Source: Nitrosospira multiformis ATCC 25196 (GTDB taxonomy: Bacteria; Pseudomonadota; Gammaproteobacteria; Burkholderiales; Nitrosomonadaceae). From it: a DNA stretch of 32,000 nucleotides. The notes beneath the pieces were generated by a model. It did no database searches and was not told the DNA's origin. It saw nothing but the letters and a program-made list of their open reading frames with translations. Of this stretch, positions 8,424 to 15,938 are shown piece by piece (position 1 is the stretch's first letter; each line of letters starts with the position of its first letter). The translations under genes and the position numbers were made by a program. Where the stretch lies: assembly GCF_000196355.1 (NCBI RefSeq), contig NC_007614.1, positions 1,920,001-1,952,000 of the forward strand, in the 5' to 3' direction.

Positions 8424-9023
8424 TAAGTCAGAGGCCACAGTAGTTGCGTTTATGCTCGCAGGGATTTCGGAGCTGGTTTGCACCCCATAATGCAACTCAT
8501 CATATTTGCCGGGCAATGATCGAATCCGTGACTTTTGCATGCGCAAAATGAATTCTGAGTCTCATCGTACGGCGTCAGTTCCAATTGCTGCCTCTTCTTC
8601 AAGCCATGTCGCCTTTCAACTATTCCCCTTTTTAATACCGCTAATATTGAAACGACATTAATTGAATCGGTTCGATTAACCATAAAGTGGGCCAATTGAT
8701 TTGGCTGAAAATGGAGACCAGAGGAATCGGCTATGCATGCCAAGAATATTTAAAAACGAGCAAAATGTTTCATTGCATTATTTACTTGAGCAAATCTTCC
8801 CTGCAATCATGGGCAAGCATCCGTCGCATCGTAAAACTGCTTACTTTTTAATACTTTTTTCTTGTATTTCTTCCTGTTTTTTATACTTTTTCAACTTTTC
8901 TTTCACAATTTCTGAACTTATACTTCACTCTAACTTCACAGTTTGGACCTGAGAACAGGACTGGAGGGAAAATTCACTGCCATTGTGAAACTGAATTTCA
9001 CATGCCAAAGGGAGAAGCAAAAA

Positions 9024-10148
9024 ATGGAATTACTTGTGTGGTTTTTTCTCGCTCAGCAGCAAACAAACTCCAGAATTATATGCAGATGGATGGCAACCCC
9101 AATCGTGGTTGCTGTGTTTTCGACAGGGATAGGCTTGGTAGAGGCAGCCAATAAATCGCGCTTAGGGATCTCTCTAAATGGCGAGCCGGTCGATTACCTG
9201 CCCTGCGGCACAATTCCGTTAAGCACGCGAACTGCTGTATTAATGGGTGGAGGAGACGACGTCAAGGAGGCCTTCAGCTGGATGATTGCCAAGATGAGCC
9301 AATGTGGCGATGGCAATACAGGGAGGCCGGGAAATTTTGTCGTGATTGATAATGGCAGCGTCCCGCCTGACGATACTTACATCAGCATAGTCGGGCCCGT
9401 CGCCTCGGTAGTAACTCTGGTTGTTCCTGACATAGAAACAGCTAATGACCCCGCCCTCGAGCCTTACATTCGAAATGCCGGCGCAATCTGGCTAACCGGG
9501 GGCGATCAAGGGCGCTACTACAATTTCTGGAAGGACTCGTTGCTGGAACAACTGATATCAAAGCAGGTCCGGAATTTCAAGATTCCCATTGGCGGAACAA
9601 GCGCGGGAACCATGGTACTCAGCGAGTTCGCTTATGTCGCCGACCCGTGCGCGATCACTTCGTCAAAAGCCTTGACCGACCCCTACTCACAGTGCGTAGC
9701 ACTGAGACGTGATTTTTGGAGCGACAGGACGCCTTTACCCCCCCTGTTATCGACTGTCACTGATTCCCATTTCAATGCGCGCGATCGCATGGGCCGCCTG
9801 ATCACGTTCCTGGGGCACGCGATAAATAGCCAATGGACCAGTGCTGCCATTGCCCAGGCTATCGGAGTAGATGAGGAAACAGCATTATTGATGGAAATTG
9901 ATGACAATACAGACCCATCTTCTCCCGGCACCAATTTTAGTTACAAGGTCATTACAAATACAGGAGTCAGCGGGTCAGTCTATATTCTCAGCACCGATTC
10001 GCAAAGTCAGCTGAACCTTGAGCCCGACCAGCCTCTTAGCTTTACCAATGTAAAAGTGAGAAAGATAGAGACTGCGGGAAATGAGAGTGATTATATTATC
10101 GACGTCAAGGAAGGCGATTTAATATCCAGCACTGGCAGCATTTACTGA
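9024..10148 (+). CDS. Peptidase S51 family, cyanophycinase-like, with a hydrophobic N-terminus (exported or membrane-anchored)
   Basis: Motifs IWLTGGDQ, nucleophile elbow IGGTSAGTMV and DSHFNARDRMGRLITFL match the cyanophycinase/dipeptidase E pattern. The start is set at the ATG at 9024 (GGGAGAAG upstream). The N-terminus carries the hydrophobic stretch MATPIVVAVFSTGIGLVEAA. The start is uncertain; the ATG at 9090 is the alternative. Confidence 0.7.
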   Translation: MELLVWFFLAQQQTNSRIICRWMATPIVVAVFSTGIGLVEAANKSRLGISLNGEPVDYLPCGTIPLSTRTAVLMGGGDDVKEAFSWMIAKMSQCGDGNTGRPGNFVVIDNGSVPPDDTYISIVGPVASVVTLVVPDIETANDPALEPYIRNAGAIWLTGGDQGRYYNFWKDSLLEQLISKQVRNFKIPIGGTSAGTMVLSEFAYVADPCAITSSKALTDPYSQCVALRRDFWSDRTPLPPLLSTVTDSHFNARDRMGRLITFLGHAINSQWTSAAIAQAIGVDEETALLMEIDDNTDPSSPGTNFSYKVITNTGVSGSVYILSTDSQSQLNLEPDQPLSFTNVKVRKIETAGNESDYIIDVKEGDLISSTGSIY

Positions 10149-10426
10149 AAAAACCAAGCAACGCACTGCACTCACGCCAACTTAAGGTGCCAGGTTTATG
10201 CATACCGCATTTTAATGCGGACATGTGGATTTCGGAAAGTACGCGAACACCTCCTCGCTACCGCTAATTGTATTTCAGGCTATCGTACCTACGAATTTCA
10301 TGCATTCAGCTCGCTTCGGCGGCTCCTTCCTGTTCCTGCTTCGGACCCGCTTTGCCTTTGGCGTTAATTTTGATCGATGAAACGCTATGCAGTTTTCTCA
10401 GCACCGAGGGTTCATTCTACCATCTG

Positions 10427-11335
10427 CTAATCGCGAGCGAACAAGGGAAGTTTCGCTCCACAATTGCGGCAAAACCTTGCGTTCTCTTCCAGGCCTGTTG
10501 TCAGGCAGACAGGGCAGGTCCGGGTGTTTGGCGGTCTTTTCATCGCGAACCGTTGAGCGGTCATTTCAGAAGTGATAATTCCGGTTGGAACAGCAAGGAT
10601 ACTCCACCCGACCAGCATGGTGACTGACGTAATGGCGCGCCCCAGATCAGTTTGAGGGGTAATATCGCCAAACCCGACGGTTGTGACCGCTGTAATGGCG
10701 AAATAGACCGATGTGGGAATACTGCTGAACGGAGAATGCGGACCTCCTTCTATTACATACAGCAGGGTGCCATTCAAAATCACCACGATCGCTACCACAG
10801 ACAGGAAAATCAGGATCTTGCGCCTGCTGGCCATGATTGCGCTGCCCAACACCGAATACTCCTCCACGTACGCGGTAAGCTTCAGAAGGCGAAACATTCG
10901 CAGCAACCGCAGTAGGCGAAGATCGACTAACGCATGCAGTTCCGGTATGAAAAAAGCAGCATATGTTGGAAGGATTGCAAGAAGATCCACTATCCCAAAA
11001 AAACTCCTGGCATATCGCAGAGGATGTTTTACGCACCACAGCCGGGCGATGTATTCGATCGTAAACGCAACAGTGAAAAACCACTCCAGAGCATTCAGGA
11101 TTCCCCCATACCGGTAGTTAATCCCGGAAACGCTATCGAGCATCACCACGACCACGCTTAGCAGAATGGCGGCGATGAGCGAAAAATCGAACCTTCGTCC
11201 AGCCCGGGTCTCGGCTTCGAAGATAATTACGAAGAGACGGTCACGAAAGCCGGATTCCGGCTTCCCGAAATACGCGGCAACATCGCTTCTTGAGATCGGT
11301 CGTGGCGCAACGTTCTCCTGTTCCTGTTTTTTCAT
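10427..11335 (-). CDS. Voltage-sensor-type (6TM) potassium channel with a C-terminal zinc ribbon
   Basis: S4-like segment DLRLLRLLRMFRLLKLT has a basic residue at every third position. The K+ selectivity filter reads TVGFGD. The C-terminal tail is CPVCLTTGLEENARFCRNCGAKL (CxxC-N12-CxxC). Confidence 0.85.
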   Translation of the reverse strand: MKKQEQENVAPRPISRSDVAAYFGKPESGFRDRLFVIIFEAETRAGRRFDFSLIAAILLSVVVVMLDSVSGINYRYGGILNALEWFFTVAFTIEYIARLWCVKHPLRYARSFFGIVDLLAILPTYAAFFIPELHALVDLRLLRLLRMFRLLKLTAYVEEYSVLGSAIMASRRKILIFLSVVAIVVILNGTLLYVIEGGPHSPFSSIPTSVYFAITAVTTVGFGDITPQTDLGRAITSVTMLVGWSILAVPTGIITSEMTAQRFAMKRPPNTRTCPVCLTTGLEENARFCRNCGAKLPLFARD

Positions 11336-11456
11336 AAATAAGTCTTAAAGAGTAAAAGGCATTCAAGCTGTTACCGGTCTCATGTGCCTACTTCAATTTC
11401 TCTTTGTCCAATGCCCCCTTCATGGATAATGAAAAATTCAGGCATACGAGTGACCC

Positions 11457-11933
11457 ATGAATGAACATGCTGCCCACCTCGTGATTCTGGGTATATCCGG
11501 AATGATCGTAGCGATCTGTGTAATGCTCCATTATGAAGCACTGCGTTTTCTTGGCCGCACGTTGGGAGCGCATGTACATAAACGCATTGGCGTATTGCTG
11601 GTAATGATGGGGCTATTGATCGCCCATTTTCTCGAGGTGTGGGTTTTTGCCGTTGCCTACATGTTTGTGGAGCATGAGATGGGGTTTGGCCGAATCGCAG
11701 GTATCACAACCGGGGACATTTTCGATTATTTTTATTATTCATCTATCTCCTACACGACAGTCGGTTTCGGGGATTTGGTACCTGTGGGCGCGATACGAAT
11801 GCTTACCGCTGCTGAAGGACTTGCCGGTTTGTCATTGATTACCTGGTCTGCCTCATTTACCTTCCTGGCCATGCAACGCTTCTGGCCTCACGCTCTTGCG
11901 GAATCGCAAGAAAAACCAGACAGTGAAACTTAA
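11457..11933 (+). CDS. Small 2TM-type potassium channel family protein
   Basis: 158-aa protein with the pore signature YTTVGFGDLVP between hydrophobic helices. It is divergent from the 6TM channel gene across a 121-bp spacer. Confidence 0.8.
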   Translation: MNEHAAHLVILGISGMIVAICVMLHYEALRFLGRTLGAHVHKRIGVLLVMMGLLIAHFLEVWVFAVAYMFVEHEMGFGRIAGITTGDIFDYFYYSSISYTTVGFGDLVPVGAIRMLTAAEGLAGLSLITWSASFTFLAMQRFWPHALAESQEKPDSET

Positions 11934-12037
11934 AGCTCCTTGAGCTTTAAAATTGACAGTCAAAGGGTAGGTAAAGTGCTTGCCTTTGGATCCTATAATC
12001 CTCCCGGAGGAGATGACCCTACCCCAGAATCAGTACC

Positions 12038-13252
12038 GGCGCATTCAACCGGTCAGTGCAACGCTTCATTCAGTACTTGGGCGGGTGTTCTAAAATCCAA
12101 AGTTTTCCTCGGGCGAGAGTTTAGTTTTTCGGCGACCTCATTCAGTTGACACTGCGTGTATGTCGCCAAACTCGTTCCTTTTGGAAAGTATTGTCTTAGC
12201 AGGCCATTGGTATTCTCATTGGTTCCCCTTTGCCAGGGGCTGCTCGGATCGCAGAAATAGACGGCCATATTGGTGGCCATGGTAAAGCGCTTGTGTGCGG
12301 CAAGTTCCTGGCCTCTATCCCATGTCAGGCTCTTGCGCAGTTGCTCAGGAAGCATGCGCATCTGGGTTATCAAGGACTGAACAACACTTTCAGCGCGCTT
12401 GTCCTGCACTTTGCAAAGCACGGTGAATCTGGAGTATCTCTCGACCATCGTAGCAATGCCACTATTACTCGAGCCTATAAGCAGGTCTCCTTCCCAATGC
12501 CCAGGCAGGGCCCTGTCTTCCACCTGTGCAGGGCGTTCTCGAATAGAAATCGCATCGGTAATGTGTCCTCTGCCTGCAACCCGGTGGGACTTGGCGTGAC
12601 GAAACATTCTTTTGGTGCGCAAGTGCTTCTTCAGTTCCTGGCGTAGTACGCCACGAGTTTGAATGAACAGGGATTTGTAGATCGTCTCATGCGATACACA
12701 CATCGCTTTTCCGTCAGAAGAGTGTCGCTTGAGCCATCCGGTTATCTGTTCTGGCGACCAATCAGCCTCCAGCAGTCCTGTTACCACGCCTCTTAGCTCC
12801 TCATCCTGGGAAAGCAATGTAGGCTTGGGGCGTCGACTGCGCTTGAGAAAAGCTTTCTCGGCATGGCATGCCCGATATTTTTCAGGTCCGCCATTGCGGG
12901 CAATTTCTCTTGATGTCGTAGAGGCAGCCCGACCAAGTTCCTGGCTAATCCTGCGCAGGCTTTTGCAACTAGCCAATCCACGAGAAATCATTTCACGTTC
13001 CTCCAGCGACAGACAACCAGATCGACGAGATCGTTGCCTCGGCTTTATGCCTCCATGGTAGAGAAGATACGAATATACCGTCGCAGGCGGCTTTGCAATA
13101 TCTCTAGCAATTACACTCATAGCAACCCCTTGCTGCCATAACCGCCAAATACACGCTTTGCGTTCATCAGTCATGCCACCATATACGCTAGCCATTGCAC
13201 ACCTCTACAAATCAAGAATCAATAGGTGTTGCACTGACCGGTTGAATGCGCC
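12038..13252 (-). mobile_element. IS30-family insertion sequence, 1215 bp, intact
   Basis: Perfect 25-bp terminal inverted repeats: GGCGCATTCAACCGGTCAGTGCAAC at 12038-12062 and its exact reverse complement at 13228-13252. CC flanks both sides (12036-12037 and 13253-13254), a candidate 2-bp target duplication. Confidence 0.9.
12053..13195 (-). CDS. IS30-family DDE transposase
   Basis: 380-aa ORF with N-terminal HTH regions and the catalytic-region motifs HWEGDLLIGS, LTWDRGQELAAH and VYFCDPSSPWQRGTNENTNGLLRQYFPKG. The stop codon lies inside the left inverted repeat. Confidence 0.9.
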   Translation of the reverse strand: MASVYGGMTDERKACIWRLWQQGVAMSVIARDIAKPPATVYSYLLYHGGIKPRQRSRRSGCLSLEEREMISRGLASCKSLRRISQELGRAASTTSREIARNGGPEKYRACHAEKAFLKRSRRPKPTLLSQDEELRGVVTGLLEADWSPEQITGWLKRHSSDGKAMCVSHETIYKSLFIQTRGVLRQELKKHLRTKRMFRHAKSHRVAGRGHITDAISIRERPAQVEDRALPGHWEGDLLIGSSNSGIATMVERYSRFTVLCKVQDKRAESVVQSLITQMRMLPEQLRKSLTWDRGQELAAHKRFTMATNMAVYFCDPSSPWQRGTNENTNGLLRQYFPKGTSLATYTQCQLNEVAEKLNSRPRKTLDFRTPAQVLNEALH

Positions 13253-13716
13253 CCGGTCTAAAGTGGAAAATTCCGGCTCCGTAGGCCTGTCGGGCAAGGC
13301 GTTTTCCCTTGCCCGGCGGGCGAATTCAGCGGGCGTTGCCCACTGCAATGCAGAGTGGGGACGCATCTCATTATAGTACTGCCGCCACTCATCAATCTTG
13401 CGCCTGGCATCCTCTAAAGACAAGAACCAGTGGGCGTTGAGACACTCCTGCCGGAACCGTCCGTTGAAGCTTTCCACCCTGGCGTTGTCGGTGGGCTTGC
13501 CTGGACGGCTGAAGTCAAGTTCGATGCCACGCTCATAGGCCCATTTGTCCATGACCCTGGAGATGAATTCACTGCCATTGTCGACTTTGATAATGCTGGG
13601 CAAGCCGCGTCTGGTCGCAATGTGGTTGAGCGTCTTCACGACATCCTCTCCTTTCAGGCTCTGGCCCACCTCGATGGCTAGGCTCTCCCGCGTATAGTTG
13701 TCCACCACGGTCAGAG
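13253..13716 (-). pseudogene. IS3-family transposase orfB fragment (integrase core only), belonging to copy A
   Basis: The translation reads ...LTVVDNYTRESLAIEVGQSL...KVDNGSEFIS...DFSRPGKPTDNARVESFNGRFRQECLN...YNEMRPHSAL, which covers the DDE/RNaseH-fold core. orfA and the N-terminal part of orfB are missing. The last 15 aa of the ORF-track entry 13205..13708 are read-through into the IS30. Confidence 0.75.
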
Positions 13717-14773
13717 TGATCTGCTTTAGGAATTCAGGACCAGACAGAAAGTGAGTTTTTCGGCAAACTTGACCTTGAAAGGAGGGGTGTTTGCCATGAA
13801 GAAGAAGCGGTTTTCAATAGAACAGATCGTAGCGGTATTAAAGCAGGCGGAGCTTGGGATGCCGGTGGCGGATCTGATCCGGCAGGTGGGAATCTCGGAA
13901 CAGACGTTCTACCGTTGGAAGAAGCAGTACGCCGGGATGCAGTCGGACCAGGTGCGGGAGCTCAAGCAGTTGCAGGAAGAGAATGGGCGGCTCAAGAAGC
14001 TGGTTGCCGACTTGAGCCTGGACCGGGCGATCCTGCAGGACGTTGCATCAAAAAAGTGGCCCATGGTTACCGGCGCATCCACGTGCTTCTCAAGCGTGAA
14101 GGCTGGCAGCTGGGTAAAAACCAGATGTATCGGCTTTATAGCGAAGAGCAGCTACAGCTTCGCTCAAAGCTGCCCAGGCGCCGCAAGATGGTCGTGAGAC
14201 GCCAGGCGAAGATCAAGCCGACCAAACCCAATGAAGCATGGAGCATGGACTTTGTGGCGGACCAACTGGCCAACGGGATGAAGTTCCGTACGCTGACGAT
14301 TGTGGATGTCTTCAGCAAGGAAGCATTGGCAATCGAAGTGGGTCAGCGTCTGCGAAGCGACCATGTGGTCGCTACGTTAAATCGACTGGCCGCGGCGGGG
14401 TCCTCCTCAATATCTTTTTGTCGATAATGGCAGCGAATTCTCGGGGCAGTTGCTCGATCTCTGGGCGTACCATCACCAGGCACGGATCGACTTCAGCCGC
14501 CCGGGAAAGCCAACGGACAATTGCCACATCGAGACGTTTAACGGATCATTCCGGGACGAGTGCCTGAACTTGCACTGGTTTGAAACGCTGGAAGAGGCCA
14601 AAGCGATCATCGAGGACTGGCGGCGGGACTACAACGAGAGTCGGCCTCACTCGACTCTCAATGACCTGTCGCCAGCCGAATTTGTACACCGGGCGGGGCT
14701 TTCAAGCTTTGCCCGGGTTTAACCAGCGCCGAAAACTAACTCTCGGAATGGCCCTGGAAACCCAAGCAGATCA
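13717..14773 (+). mobile_element. IS3-family element (IS407-like group), copy B, degenerate, 1057 bp
   Basis: The ends are TGATCTGCTT... (13717) and ...AAGCAGATCA (14773). The ~50-bp imperfect terminal inverted repeats share GTGATCTGCTT, CAGG, CC and GTTTT(T)CGGC blocks. At 1057 bp it is shorter than the ~1.2-1.3 kb I recall for this group. Confidence 0.75.
13796..14722 (+). pseudogene. IS3-family transposase orfA-orfB, inactivated by an internal deletion plus an extra frameshift
   Basis: orfA reads MKKKRFSIEQIVAVLKQAELGMPVADLIRQVGISEQTFYRWKKQY...SKKW, with the slippery AAAAAAG at about 14047-14053. orfB then resumes at once with HGYRRIHVLLKREGW, so roughly 60 linker residues are missing. 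A second frame break near 14393-14400 (GCGGCGGGG) separates ...ATLNRLAAA from RGPPQYLFVDNGSEFSGQLLDLWAY... Confidence 0.8.
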
Positions 14774-14826
14774 CAGCGCCGAAAACTAACTCTCGGAATG
14801 GCCCTGGAAACCCAAGCAGATCACAG
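14724..14826 (+). repeat. Perfect tandem duplication (2.06 copies, 50-bp period) of the right terminal inverted repeat of IS3 copy B
   Basis: 14724-14773 is identical to 14774-14823 (CAGCGCCGAAAACTAACTCTCGGAATGGCCCTGGAAACCCAAGCAGATCA). The next 3 nt (CAG) also repeat. Confidence 0.9.
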
Positions 14827-15433
14827 ACGCGGAAGCTGCAATAACACATCTAAAGCAGCTTCAGGAAATACGAGACCATAAAATCCGCAAACAGCGCGAA
14901 GAGCGGGAACGAAAGGAAGCCGCAGCAAAGACACCTTCCGTCACTCTTCCCGACTTACAAGCTAAGTTTATTGCTTTATTACAAGGCGAGGTGATCGGGG
15001 CACGGCGAGGTTATGCACTAGAGGAAATATTGCAATCCCTATCAAAACTGTACGCACTTGAAGTAACCGAACCATATCGAATAAACGGAGAGCAAATAGA
15101 CGGTGCTATCAAGTATGACGGCGAGCACTACATTATTGAAGCGAAGTGGCAAGATAAAGCCTCCTCTAATGAGGCTGTTTATCAATTTGCAGGAAAAATA
15201 GAAGGTAAGATGTACGGTCGCGGGCTTTTTATTTCGATTCACGGCTTCAGTGAGAATGTCATAAACTCTCTTGTCACAGGCAAAGCCATAAAGACGGTCT
15301 TCGTCGATGGGGGGATTTAATATTGGTGCTAGAAGGGCTAATAAGCTTTTCGGAAATGATTGACAAGAAAATCAAAGCAGCTCAAACAAAGGGTTTAATT
15401 TACATTAACCCGATCACCGGAATGTCAAAATAA
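14826..15433 (+). pseudogene. PD-(D/E)xK restriction-endonuclease-like (Mrr-cat type) gene relic, 5'-truncated by the IS block and frameshifted
   Basis: The frame opens at the IS boundary with no start context: DAEAAITHLKQLQEIRDHKIRKQREERERKEAAAK... The nuclease core reads IDGAIKYDGEHYIIEAKW (D...E-x-K). The frame breaks in a G6 run (15309-15314). The -1 frame continues DLILVLEGLISFSEMIDKKIKAAQTKGLIYINPITGMSK and stops at 15433. Confidence 0.6.
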
Positions 15434-15661
15434 TAAAATACGTTCACCGGGCGCGCTAATGAGAGGAGTCGAACCTTCGATCTACTGAAATTAGGAATTA
15501 TCTGCTACCGGCGACAGCCAGAGGATGCCAAATTGACCAGCAGACCGAAAACAACGTCCCGTCTTTATAGTTCAATAGGGGCGTTTGGCTCAACAATTAT
15601 TCTACTACAGGGCTACTAAGACAGGAGGGGATTTAGAATTTTTCTGTAAGTCTTTGTTTTA

Positions 15662-15737
15662 TGGCTCCCCGACCAGGGCTCGAACCTGGGACCTGCGGAT
15701 TAACAGTCCGTCGCTCTACCGACTGAGCTATCGGGGA
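15662..15737 (-). tRNA. tRNA-Asn (anticodon GTT), 76 nt including an encoded CCA
   Basis: The reverse complement reads TCCCCGATAGCTCAGTCGGTAGAGCGACGGACTGTTAATCCGCAGGTCCCAGGTTCGAGCCCTGGTCGGGGAGCCA. It has a 7-bp acceptor stem, a GCTC/GAGC D stem, the anticodon loop CTGTTAA and a CCAGG/CCTGG T stem with a TTCGAGC loop. Confidence 0.95.
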
Positions 15738-15752
15738 ATTGGAGAGGTGCAT

Positions 15753-15781
15753 ATACTAATAGCTTAAGCCAAGCTGGTCAA
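15753..15781 (-). promoter_or_regulatory. Candidate sigma-70 promoter for tRNA-Asn
   Basis: On the minus strand: TTGACC (15781-15776), a 17-nt spacer, then TAGTAT (15758-15753). The -10 element ends 15 nt upstream of the mature tRNA 5' end. Confidence 0.4.
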
Positions 15782-15938
15782 TCCAGGGCAGTGAGTTATT
15801 GGGCTTGACAGGAGCCATTAAGGCTGATGGAACTGGAATGCAGTGGCCTTGTATCTCAACAAAAGAGGGAAATCGACTTGCAATTAGCGCGCCTCAGGAA
15901 GGTTATGCTAGCCCCCTAATACAGGCCACTTCTTTGCC

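Larger units (their letters stand above)
12014..13716 (-). mobile_element. IS3-family remnant (copy A), 5'-truncated and split by the IS30 insertion; its own DNA is 12014-12037 plus 13253-13716
   Basis: With the IS30 and one CC removed, the orfB frame reads ...EFSTLDRY and stops (TGA, plus-strand tca at 12030-12032). That stop is 16 nt from a TGACCCTACCCC... terminus at 12014. The upstream part ends abruptly at 13716 against the end of copy B. Confidence 0.6.

Noticed and set aside
8450-8952. ORFs 8450..8743 (minus strand, 97 aa, Cys-rich tail) and 8701..8952 (plus strand, 83 aa).
   Set aside because: Neither has an RBS or a recognisable motif. The first competes with the frame that is restored across the IS5 insertion. 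The second lies in T-rich promoter-like DNA upstream of the peptidase gene.
8984-9002. The TGTGA...TCACA dyad, considered as a CRP/FNR-type site.
   Set aside because: The TGTGA and TCACA half-sites are 9 nt apart, not the 6 nt of CRP or the 4 nt of FNR-type sites. I keep it only as a generic 7-5-7 palindrome.
10150-10430. The CCGCAT-TTTA-ATGCGG hairpin (about 10205-10220) and ORFs 10268..10627 and 10387..10575, between the convergent peptidase and channel genes.
   Set aside because: The hairpin is short and lacks a U-tract. It may help termination but is not distinctive. The ORFs overlap the 3' end of the channel gene and have no support.
14724-14826. A 50-bp tandem repeat, considered as a possible CRISPR or minisatellite.
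   Set aside because: There are only two contiguous copies with no spacers. The unit is the terminal inverted repeat of the adjacent IS3 copy. No CRISPR-like array exists anywhere in the window.
15448-15530. A tRNA-like T-arm string (GGAGTCGAACC on the plus strand; GGTTCGACTCC on the minus strand). It could be a second tRNA gene or an att-site remnant next to tRNA-Asn.
   Set aside because: I could not fold a cloverleaf. The T stem would be GAAGG/CCTCT, with mismatches. No complementary acceptor strand exists and no sensible anticodon arm can be drawn. It also does not match the 3' end of the adjacent tRNA-Asn, so it is not its att duplicate. It may be a very decayed tRNA fragment. tRNAscan-SE/ARAGORN would settle this.
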